From Candidatus Doudnabacteria bacterium (GTDB taxonomy: Bacteria > Patescibacteriota > Doudnabacteria > UBA920 > O2-02-FULL-48-8): a stretch of 64,000 nt of DNA. Every line of letters starts with the position of its first letter. Positions within the stretch are counted from its first letter, which is position 1. Where the stretch lies: the NCBI GenBank assembly GCA_037200925.1, contig JBBCGO010000001.1, positions 317,248 through 381,247 of the forward strand, in the 5' to 3' direction. The notes under the pieces are model-generated. The model did not search any database. It was not told where the DNA came from and saw nothing but the letters and a program-made list of their open reading frames with translations. Made by a program: the position numbers and the translations under genes. Positions 48,993-57,083 of the stretch are shown here, one piece after another.

Positions 48993-49250
48993 TTATGTTG
49001 CGGAGCGGGCTGTGATCCGGAAGATTTTGACTAGTTCGTTGCGGCGTCCGTACCGGAAGCTTTGTTCCGTGTAGATACAAAGTTCCGGCGGAAAGCAAGT
49101 CGCATACACGCTTCTCTCCTCTGCCCGGATCAATGCCTCGTTCTCTGATACGGCAAGTTTGTACCCTGTATAGTCCCTTCCGAGACCGATTAGTTCGCGC
49201 ATGTCCTTCTCCGCGCTAGACGCCATGACCATAGCCCTTCGGGTGCTCAT
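48993..49250 (-). CDS. hypothetical protein (85 aa) in GC-rich segment next to tRNA-Pro
   Basis: GC-rich codon usage; overlaps 49216-49476 in another frame. Confidence 0.3.
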   Translation of the reverse strand: MSTRRAMVMASSAEKDMRELIGLGRDYTGYKLAVSENEALIRAEERSVYATCFPPELCIYTEQSFRYGRRNELVKIFRITARSAT

Positions 49251-49476
49251 CCGGTTTTCTGGTCAGCTGAGCCGAAAGAAAGACCTGTCCGGGTGCTCCC
49301 TGCAGCACTGCGGCTATCCTGTTCGCGGCGGCGCGCTGCGCTGCGAGAGTGCGAGTCAACGCCTGTTTACGGAACTCCGGCACTCTCGGATTGTTCAGGC
49401 GGGCCTGGATTCCGATGATATTGGCCTCGATCCGGGTATACCTGGCCATGACCGGACAATGCGGCATATCGTGCAT
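49216..49476 (-). CDS. hypothetical protein (86 aa) in GC-rich segment
   Basis: MHDMPHCPVMARYTRIEANIIGIQARLNNPRVPEFRKQ...; no recognisable domain. Confidence 0.3.
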   Translation of the reverse strand: MHDMPHCPVMARYTRIEANIIGIQARLNNPRVPEFRKQALTRTLAAQRAAANRIAAVLQGAPGQVFLSAQLTRKPDEHPKGYGHGV

Positions 49477-49733
49477 CTTATTCCCCCTTCACTTTCTGAA
49501 ATTTACGCCTCAATAAAAATCCGACCACTTGGTCGGTTCATTCTAGAATTAAGTTTTGCCTACAACTTACATTCTATGAACCGACATCAACCAAGACAAT
49601 ATTAAGAGCGGCCAAAAGGTTTTGGCTAACGGGCTTAATAAGGTTGCTGAACAAATGTCCGTTCATAGATTTATGCATAGAATATAGTAAATAAAATAAC
49701 TTGTCAAAAAAAGACCGAGAAAATTTCTCGATC

Positions 49734-49922
49734 TTAGGAACCCCACAAGGGTTCGATGCTTTCAGGCCAATTGATGGTGGAAGCATTCGCCTTGGGTTTA
49801 TTGCCGGCAGGGCAATTCGCTTTTTGCCAGTCTTCTTTGTTGGGGTACTTCGTCTTGCAATTCGGACACCTCATGCCGCCGCCCTTTAGGTTGATGCCGC
49901 CGAAACTCATGCACTTTGCCAT
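49734..49922 (-). CDS. small zinc-ribbon protein
   Basis: ATG preceded by GGAGGAA; MAKCMSFGGINLKGGGMRCPNCKTKYPNKEDWQKANCPAG. Confidence 0.45.
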   Translation of the reverse strand: MAKCMSFGGINLKGGGMRCPNCKTKYPNKEDWQKANCPAGNKPKANASTINWPESIEPLWGS

Positions 49923-50097
49923 CGTTTCCTCCAATTTTGTGCAACAAAAACACCGACTTTCCGTCGGGTTTGTTTGCTGTTATCTGACAAGCAAAAACGC
50001 CCGACTAGCCGGTGAAATAAAACCAAAATGAATTGGTGTTTACATGCGCTTTGCTCATATTAAAAACATTATAATCTTCAAACTAAAAATCGTCAAA

Positions 50098-50949
50098 TTA
50101 TTGTTCCAATTTATTGATCTTATCCAAAAAACTGTTCAACTCTTCATTTGAAAAAAATTCAATGGTGATCTTACCCGACTCTCCTGACTTCTGTACTCTA
50201 ACTTTAGTACCCAGCTTTCCTCGAAGCTCAGATTCAAGCGCCGCCACATCGGGATCGGAAGTTCCTCTCGTAGCTCTGATCGCTTTTGGCCGCTCCAGGA
50301 GTTCTCGGACTTTTTCTTCCACCTGGCGGACCGTCATCTCTTCTTTGATGATCAGCTCGAGCAGGGCTATTTGTTTTTCCATGCCCGGCAATGCCAAAAT
50401 TGACCGTGCATGACCTTCGGAAATGCTTCCTTCAGCCAATGAGTTCTGAATTTTTAAAGGCAAATGCAGGAGCCTGAGCATGTTCGTGACCGTCGTTCGT
50501 CCTTTGCCGACTCTTTTCGCCACTTCTTCCTGGGTGATCTTATATTCATCGATCAGCTGCTGATAGGCCAGCGCTTCTTCGATCGGATCCAGATTATGCC
50601 GCTGGATGTTCTCGATCAATGCCAACTCCAGCTTTTTCTGCTCCTCCATAAAATCACGGATCATGACCGGGACTTTGGTCAGGCCCGCGATCTTTGATGC
50701 GCGCAATCTTCGCTCACCGACGATCAGCTGGTACGTACCGTCGGGCAAAGGAACTACGACCAATGGCTGCAAAATACCGTGCTCGCGGATAGAATCGGCC
50801 AACTCCTGCAGAGCCTGCTCATTGAACGTCCGCCTCGGCTGCCAGGGATTGGGTTTGATCAGGTCAATCGAAATTTCCGCCAAATTCAAAACCGGCAGAT
50901 TCTCTGGGGGCGGGACGTATAATACTTCACCTGAATCGATATCATCCAT
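50098..50949 (-). CDS. parB: ParB/Spo0J-family partition protein
   Basis: LELALIENIQRHNLDPIEEALAYQQL... plus an HTH. Confidence 0.8.
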   Translation of the reverse strand: MDDIDSGEVLYVPPPENLPVLNLAEISIDLIKPNPWQPRRTFNEQALQELADSIREHGILQPLVVVPLPDGTYQLIVGERRLRASKIAGLTKVPVMIRDFMEEQKKLELALIENIQRHNLDPIEEALAYQQLIDEYKITQEEVAKRVGKGRTTVTNMLRLLHLPLKIQNSLAEGSISEGHARSILALPGMEKQIALLELIIKEEMTVRQVEEKVRELLERPKAIRATRGTSDPDVAALESELRGKLGTKVRVQKSGESGKITIEFFSNEELNSFLDKINKLEQ

Positions 50950-50963
50950 AAAAATATTTTAAT

Positions 50964-51701
50964 TCACGGCCGGATCAGCTGATACAGATGGTCTTCCAAA
51001 TGGAAGAAGTCAGTCGAACGCAAGGACCTTGGCCTGGGCAGATTATTTTTTACCACCCGCTCAAGCTTTGCGGGTCTTTGCGTAAGTACTGCCACGCGAT
51101 CCGCCAGCTCCAAGGCCTCAGCAATGATGTGCGTGACCAGCACGATCGTGGTCTTCCGATCGGTCCAGATCTTCAAAAGTTCGTGACGCAGTTCTTCGGC
51201 GGTAAAAGAATCCAGTTCAGAAAACGGTTCATCCATAAAAATAATTTTCGGATTTGTGGCCCAGGCCCTGGCGATCCCGACTCTTTGCTTCATCCCGCCG
51301 GACAAATCTTTAGGATAAACATGAGCAAATTTCTCAAGGCCGAATTGTTTAAGTTCCTTGGCGACCACGCTGTTACGCAAATTTTCATCCAATTTTTTTG
51401 AAAACAAGCCTAGTTCGATATTCTGACGGACAGTCAGCCACGGCAGAAGAGCAAACTGCTGGAAAACAAAACTCATATCCAAATCCGTAATATCCTTGCC
51501 CAAAATCACCTCACCTTTGTAATCTTTTTCCAAACCCGAGGCAATGCGCAGAATGGTCGATTTGCCGCTCCCTGACGGCCCTACCAACACGAAAAATTCA
51601 CCCGCCTCGATCTCCAAACTGATATTATCCAAGATCAAAAGCTGCTTTTTATCTTCTTCAAAATATTTAGTGATATTTTTCAGGGTAATTACTGCTGACA
51701 T
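50964..51701 (-). CDS. ABC transporter ATP-binding protein (NitT/TauT-like)
   Basis: Walker A GPSGSGKST and signature LSGGMKQRVGIARA. Confidence 0.8.
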   Translation of the reverse strand: MSAVITLKNITKYFEEDKKQLLILDNISLEIEAGEFFVLVGPSGSGKSTILRIASGLEKDYKGEVILGKDITDLDMSFVFQQFALLPWLTVRQNIELGLFSKKLDENLRNSVVAKELKQFGLEKFAHVYPKDLSGGMKQRVGIARAWATNPKIIFMDEPFSELDSFTAEELRHELLKIWTDRKTTIVLVTHIIAEALELADRVAVLTQRPAKLERVVKNNLPRPRSLRSTDFFHLEDHLYQLIRP

Positions 51702-51722
51702 TTGTTAAATTAATCCTATTTT

Positions 51723-52451
51723 TTATTCTTCCATGAGTCTGTGGCTGGCATCCAGAAGAGGTATCCAGACCAGCTTATTGATGCTGAAAACAATAATCAA
51801 TAATGCTAAAATTCCCAACAAAGTAATGGTCGTGTCGAGAGAATGGATCTGAAAAAACTCTCCCACTCCGCCGGGCAGTTTGACTATAATTTCTGTTGCC
51901 ACAAGCGCGCCCCAGCCTTCACCCAAACCGATGATCGAACCGGTGACCAGGCCCGGAATACTAAGCGGCAAAATAAATTTACGGAAATAATTCCAGCCGG
52001 ACAGATGATAGATCTCAACCGCTTCCTCCACTTCGTGCTTGACCAACCGAAGCGAGCTTAAAACTGAAAACACAACCGGCCAAATAATCGTCAATACCAG
52101 AAAAAAAATGACTGTAAAATTAGATTGACCAAAATAGTGGACGGCAAACGGCAAGATCGCAAACTCGGGAAAACTTTGCAGAATGTCAAAAAGCGGCAAA
52201 ACCACATGCGACAAAATCCCGCGATAAAAAAGTGTGGCTAAAGACCAGCCTAATAAAACGGCGATCACGTAGGCCGCAAACAGGCGTCCGATAGACATAA
52301 ACATGTCACTAAATAGGCTCAATACATCGAGCTGTTCGACTTTTGCGAAAAAAAGCAGAAATAGGAAAGGTGCGACTATGATCAAAAAAGTTGCAGCCAA
52401 ATGAATTCCTGAACGATAAATTTTGATTCTATGTTTTGGATTTCGGTTCAT
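51723..52451 (-). CDS. ABC transporter permease
   Basis: 6-TM BPD-type permease partner. Confidence 0.7.
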   Translation of the reverse strand: MNRNPKHRIKIYRSGIHLAATFLIIVAPFLFLLFFAKVEQLDVLSLFSDMFMSIGRLFAAYVIAVLLGWSLATLFYRGILSHVVLPLFDILQSFPEFAILPFAVHYFGQSNFTVIFFLVLTIIWPVVFSVLSSLRLVKHEVEEAVEIYHLSGWNYFRKFILPLSIPGLVTGSIIGLGEGWGALVATEIIVKLPGGVGEFFQIHSLDTTITLLGILALLIIVFSINKLVWIPLLDASHRLMEE

Positions 52452-52484
52452 ACAAAGTGTTGCTTCGCGCTTTGATTATACCAT

Positions 52485-52511
52485 AAAAAACAAAAAAGCG
52501 CTTATGCGCTT
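52485..52511 (-). terminator. terminator downstream of tRNA-Leu
   Basis: Minus strand: AAGCGC-auaa-GCGCUU followed by a U-rich run. Confidence 0.5.
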
Positions 52512-52520
52512 AATATAATC

Positions 52521-52606
52521 TGGTGCCGAAGGAGAGAGTCGAACTCTCATGGGATTACTCCCGCGCGATTTTGAGTCGCGTGCGTCTGCCATTCCGCCAC
52601 TCCGGC
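52521..52606 (-). tRNA. tRNA-Leu (anticodon CAA)
   Basis: GCCGGAG acceptor, anticodon loop CUCAAAA, long variable arm, T-arm GAGAG-UUCGACU-CUCUC, CCA end. Confidence 0.85.
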
Positions 52607-52618
52607 ATGCATTATATT

Positions 52619-53131
52619 TTAGCTTAAAAACCTTTTTTTGAGAAGACGGCGGAAAAACAGCACGGTCGCCAAGGCGATGACCATGCTGGCCAGAACATCT
52701 GACGGATAATGCACTCCGATAAAAATTCGTGCCACCGAAGCCACTGTGGCCAAAACCAGTAACGGATAAAACAGCTTAGTGCCATAAAAACTGAAGGCAA
52801 TACAAAACAAGATCACGGCATGGCCGGAAGAAAATGACAGCCCTTTTTCGGTATCCGATACTATTTGATGGACCGGAAAAATTTCATAAGGCCTCGGCCG
52901 GTTGACCAGCCTTTTTATGACCTCAACGATCAGAAGTCTGGCTACCAAAGAACTAATGATCGCGAGAATCGAATTCCAAAAGTACCGTTTGTAGAAAAGC
53001 AAGATCAATACCCACCCTGCAAGAAAATAGATCAGCCAAACACCGAGAAAAATCCCGACAATATCCAAGACCTGGTTTTTACCGGCCAAACCGTTGATAG
53101 AAAAGAAAATTTTGTAGTCTAGATTATACAA
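52619..53131 (-). CDS. PAP2-family lipid phosphatase
   Basis: KRLVNRPRPY, SFSSGH and GVHYPSDV motifs. Confidence 0.75.
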   Translation of the reverse strand: MYNLDYKIFFSINGLAGKNQVLDIVGIFLGVWLIYFLAGWVLILLFYKRYFWNSILAIISSLVARLLIVEVIKRLVNRPRPYEIFPVHQIVSDTEKGLSFSSGHAVILFCIAFSFYGTKLFYPLLVLATVASVARIFIGVHYPSDVLASMVIALATVLFFRRLLKKRFLS

Positions 53132-53894
53132 ATAGCCAAAAAATAATTGCGACTAAGATCCGATACGTGCCAAACGGGGTAAACGTGTGTTTTTGCACAT
53201 ATTTTATAAAATACTTGACTGCGGCCATTGCCACGAGGAAAGCTACCACAAACCCGGTCAGCAGAATCGAAAGGCTTCCCGATTCCAAGGTCTTATAACT
53301 GTGCAGCAGATCCAAACCGGAAGCGGCGATCATGGTCGGTACAGCCAGCAAAAAAGAAAACTCAACGATCGTTCTTCGCTTAATACCCAAAAGCAAACCG
53401 CCAACTATCGTCGCGGCCGAACGGGACACGCCGGGAATTATCGCGATCGACTGGAACAAGCCGATTATGAAAGCCTGCTGATAGGTAATTTCAACCAGAG
53501 ACTGTTCCAATTTTTCTTTTTGCGATTTTTCATACCAACGCTCGAACAGGATCAGGGTGATCCCGCCCAAAAACATGCTCCACAAAACTATGGAATTATT
53601 GCCCAGAAGATAGTTCTTTACGATCTTGTACAGCACAAGCCCTATCACTCCGGTTGGCACAAATGCCACTGCCAAACGCTTGATAATTTCCCATTTCCAA
53701 AGATCTGTCGAATACAGAACGACGACAGCCAAAATTGCGCCGACCTGAATAATAATTTCAAAACTCTTCACAAAGTCGGTTTGACCGATGTGCAAAAGAC
53801 TGGAAACCAAGATCTGATGCCCTGTGGACGAGATCGGCAGGAATTCTGTCAGTCCTTCAACAATGCCTAAAATTATGGCGTGGATAAAACTCAT
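53124..53894 (-). CDS. uppP: undecaprenyl-diphosphate phosphatase (BacA/UppP)
   Basis: ILGIVEGLTEFLPISSTGH...GVSRSAATIVGGLLLG. Start trimmed to MSFIHAI (ATGA overlap with the glyA stop). Confidence 0.8.
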   Translation of the reverse strand: MSFIHAIILGIVEGLTEFLPISSTGHQILVSSLLHIGQTDFVKSFEIIIQVGAILAVVVLYSTDLWKWEIIKRLAVAFVPTGVIGLVLYKIVKNYLLGNNSIVLWSMFLGGITLILFERWYEKSQKEKLEQSLVEITYQQAFIIGLFQSIAIIPGVSRSAATIVGGLLLGIKRRTIVEFSFLLAVPTMIAASGLDLLHSYKTLESGSLSILLTGFVVAFLVAMAAVKYFIKYVQKHTFTPFGTYRILVAIIFWLFV

Positions 53895-55126
53895 AAGCCA
53901 GGGGCTGGGAAGTTTTTGGTGAACCGCTTGATTTCCATGCGGACTTTTTCCGTGACTGAATGTTCGGTGATGACAGCCGTGATCCACGACGCGATCTTGC
54001 TCATTTCTTTTTCCTTCATGCCGCGGCTGGTCACGGCCGCAGTGCCGAGCCTGATGCCGGACGGGTCAAACGGCGAACGAGGGTCATTCGGCACCATATT
54101 CATATTCAGGATAATTCCGGCTGACTCCAGGAGTTTTTGCGCATCTTTGCCTCCGATATTCTTATTGGTCAGATCGATCAGCATCAGATGATTATCCGTG
54201 CCGTCGGACACCAGTTTGAACCCGAAATCCGAAAGTGCGTGGGCCAGGGCTTTGCAATTTTTCACTATCTGTTCAGCGTATTTTTTGAAAGACGCGGTTT
54301 TGACCTCTTTCATGGCCACTGCAATTGCGGCAATCGCATTCTCGTGAGGACCGCCCTGCATGCCCGGAAACACGGCTTTATCAATGGCCGTGGCAAATTT
54401 ATCTTTGCACATGATGATCGCGCCTCTGGGACCCCGCAAGGTTTTGTGAGTGGTGGTCGTGACCACGTCAAAAAACGGGATTGGAGATGGATGCACGCCT
54501 GCGGCTACCAGGCCGCCGATGTGGGAGATGTCAGCCATGGTGATCGCCTTCACCTTGTCGCCGATCTCTTTGAGTTTCCGGAAATCAATTTCGCGCGGGT
54601 ACGCCGTAAACCCGGACACTATCAGTTTGGGATTGACGCGATCGGCCATTTTCAGGATCTCCATGTAATCCAGCAATCCGGTTTTGGCTGATACGCCGTA
54701 ATGGACGAATTTGTATGTTTTACCCGAGGCATTGACTTTGGACCCGTGGGTCAGATGCCCGCCGTGCGCCAGATCCATGGCCATGACCGTATCTGCTGGC
54801 TCCAAAAGAGCGGCATAAACTTCCAAGTTCGCGGGACTTCCGGAATACGGCTGGACATTCACGTGCCAATCCAGCGGCAGATCAAAACCCTCGCGCACGC
54901 GCTCTATTGCCAGTTCTTCCACCTGGTCGATTATTTCATTGCCAGCATAGTATCGCTTGCGCGGGTAGCCCTCGGCATATTTATTAGTCAGCACCGAACC
55001 TAAGGCTTCCAAAACTTCATCGGACACATAATTTTCAGACGCGATCAATTCTAAAACTTCAGCCTGCCTGCGGCGCTCTTTTTGGATCAGATCGTAAATT
55101 TGCTGATCTTTTTGCTTTAGTGACAT
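53891..55126 (-). CDS. glyA: serine hydroxymethyltransferase
   Basis: Canonical SHMT (411 aa). Confidence 0.9.
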   Translation of the reverse strand: MSLKQKDQQIYDLIQKERRRQAEVLELIASENYVSDEVLEALGSVLTNKYAEGYPRKRYYAGNEIIDQVEELAIERVREGFDLPLDWHVNVQPYSGSPANLEVYAALLEPADTVMAMDLAHGGHLTHGSKVNASGKTYKFVHYGVSAKTGLLDYMEILKMADRVNPKLIVSGFTAYPREIDFRKLKEIGDKVKAITMADISHIGGLVAAGVHPSPIPFFDVVTTTTHKTLRGPRGAIIMCKDKFATAIDKAVFPGMQGGPHENAIAAIAVAMKEVKTASFKKYAEQIVKNCKALAHALSDFGFKLVSDGTDNHLMLIDLTNKNIGGKDAQKLLESAGIILNMNMVPNDPRSPFDPSGIRLGTAAVTSRGMKEKEMSKIASWITAVITEHSVTEKVRMEIKRFTKNFPAPGL

Positions 55127-55219
55127 AAGTTTAAATTAATTCTGATTACACCTTCAAAAAGATGAGGGTCAAACGAAGTAATTTGTGTAATTAGAGTTGA
55201 TCAGAATTAACATAAATTA

Positions 55220-56386
55220 TTATTTTCTTGCAGCCCCAGGCTTTAAAAATCCGTAAAATAAGGTTAAGACTCCCACGAACGCGAACACATAAAAGATATT
55301 CTTAGTATAGTATAAAATCGCTATCGCACCCAGGGCCGTGATTATTTTCCCGACTGCCAGGCTGAGCTCATAGAACACACTATATGCAGTGGCATAATCA
55401 GTACCTTTCGATCCTGCTATCTCATAAGTCAGAGCGATCATGGGGATGTTAAGGAGCCCTTTGGCCGCTTTGGTCAGCGTATCAAAGATCAAAACGGCCG
55501 GAGTATTTACCGCCAGGAACCGGCCGAACCAGGTCAAAGAATAAATCAGGGAACTATTTTTGATAAGCTGCACTTTTTTGTCTATATCAGCGCGGCTGCC
55601 GATGTACAGCATCAACCCGGTGGCGAGCAGCATAGAGGTCGTGCTGATCAAGCCTACCGAGGCCACTTGCGGCACCACGATGAAAATATACACGGGCCAA
55701 AGGCTCATCAGCATCAGATCCTCGGCATAGCCCCAGTATCCGAAAAAATTTGAAGGGTACTCGCGAAAAATTTTCCATAGATCCCGGAATCGGAAATTCT
55801 GCCGGGTATAAAGATCGCGCGACAAGAACAACGGCGCGGAGGAAACAGCCATCAATACTGAGGCTAAGGCAAACAGCAAAAAGAAACCAAAAAAATAAGA
55901 GATCAATCCGCCTATCAACGGGCTGATGATGAGGGTGACCTGAATGATAGAAAATAATAAGCCGATCTCACGACCCTGCTGGTCTTTTTTGTCTGAAAGC
56001 GACACATCCGCGTCAAATGCAGGCCAAAAAAATGATTTCTGCAGGGCAAAAAATACGGGAGCCAGAAAGAACAGCTTCGGATGGAACCGGATGGAATAAA
56101 GCGCAGCCCAGTAAGCCACGTAAATGATATTGGAAATAAAAATTGAATGCTTATAGCCTATTTTACCCGCGATCTTCGCCCCCCAGCCTATCAAAACCAC
56201 ATACCAGCCGTATACATTCACATAAAACCACATGATGCTTATCAAAGAAAAGCCCAATTTATACAGATAGATCGGCTCGAATATGAAAACCAGGGAGATC
56301 GCGAGATTGGCAATGAAAGTCTGCCAATATACCTCTTTCACTTCCCTGTTCACTTTATGAGAAAAATAATGAAAATAATTTTGCAT
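55220..56386 (-). CDS. polytopic membrane transporter (MFS-like)
   Basis: Approximately 12 predicted TM helices. Confidence 0.5.
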   Translation of the reverse strand: MQNYFHYFSHKVNREVKEVYWQTFIANLAISLVFIFEPIYLYKLGFSLISIMWFYVNVYGWYVVLIGWGAKIAGKIGYKHSIFISNIIYVAYWAALYSIRFHPKLFFLAPVFFALQKSFFWPAFDADVSLSDKKDQQGREIGLLFSIIQVTLIISPLIGGLISYFFGFFLLFALASVLMAVSSAPLFLSRDLYTRQNFRFRDLWKIFREYPSNFFGYWGYAEDLMLMSLWPVYIFIVVPQVASVGLISTTSMLLATGLMLYIGSRADIDKKVQLIKNSSLIYSLTWFGRFLAVNTPAVLIFDTLTKAAKGLLNIPMIALTYEIAGSKGTDYATAYSVFYELSLAVGKIITALGAIAILYYTKNIFYVFAFVGVLTLFYGFLKPGAARK

Positions 56387-56393
56387 TTTGTTA

Positions 56394-56455
56394 TTGTCAT
56401 TCCCGCGAAAGCGGGAATCCAGAGACTGGGTCCCGGATCAAGTCCGGGATGACAA
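56394..56455. repeat. 62-bp palindromic element (two tandem 7-bp-stem hairpins inside a 7-bp terminal inverted repeat) overlapping the tsaC 3' end
   Basis: TTGTCAT-TCCCGCgaaaGCGGGAA-tccagagactggg-TCCCGGAtcaagTCCGGGA-TGACAA. The last 5 tsaC codons lie inside it. Confidence 0.4.
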
Positions 56456-57076
56456 ACTATTTTTTTTTCTTAATACTTTGTCAATTTGTTTTTCTGTGAT
56501 CGGCCCTTCTCTTAGTATTTTAACATGTCTGCCTGACAATATGACCACAGTTGAAGGTTTTGTGCGCTTTAGCTCGCCTCCGTCCAGATAAAAATCAGGC
56601 TTTAATTTGGATCCTGTAAATTGTTTTTTGACCTCAGCAACCGAGTAGCAATTGGGTTTTCCCGAAACATTAGCCGAAGTTGTGGTGATCGGTTTGCCCA
56701 AACAACCCGACAGATCAAGCGCAAGCTTATTTTTCGGCCTACGAATTCCTAAAGTTCTAGTTCCTGCTGAAAGCATGTCCCAGGACCTGCCTTGGGCCCG
56801 CAGCGGCAAAACTAAAGTCAGAGGGCCCGGCATTAGTGATTCGATCAGTTTTTTTGCTTCCGGCCTAAGTTTGACCAATTTTTCTATCCAACCCTTGGTC
56901 GGCGGGATGACATGGATCGGTTTGTTATAATCCCGGCCTTTTAGGCGATAAAGTCTTTTTACAGCTGCAAGATCGGCCGCATCCACTGCCAAACCATAAG
57001 CGGTGTCGGTTGGATAAACCACGACACCGCCTTGCTTCAAGATCTGAACTGCTTTATTTATATTGTTCGAGCGCAT
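56438..57076 (-). CDS. tsaC: L-threonylcarbamoyladenylate synthase (TsaC/YrdC/Sua5 family)
   Basis: VVVYPTDTAYGLAVDA... Confidence 0.8.
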   Translation of the reverse strand: MRSNNINKAVQILKQGGVVVYPTDTAYGLAVDAADLAAVKRLYRLKGRDYNKPIHVIPPTKGWIEKLVKLRPEAKKLIESLMPGPLTLVLPLRAQGRSWDMLSAGTRTLGIRRPKNKLALDLSGCLGKPITTTSANVSGKPNCYSVAEVKKQFTGSKLKPDFYLDGGELKRTKPSTVVILSGRHVKILREGPITEKQIDKVLRKKNSLSSRT

Positions 57077-57083
57077 GCGAGAA

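Noticed and set aside
48703-49098. Minus-strand 131-aa ORF overlapping tRNA-Pro
   Set aside because: It runs through the tRNA gene and its promoter and terminator, so it is spurious.
49201-49605. Plus-strand 134-aa ORF in the GC-rich segment
   Set aside because: Arg/Ser/Leu-rich composition typical of an antisense frame of a GC-rich coding strand. The minus-strand ORFs have better codon structure.
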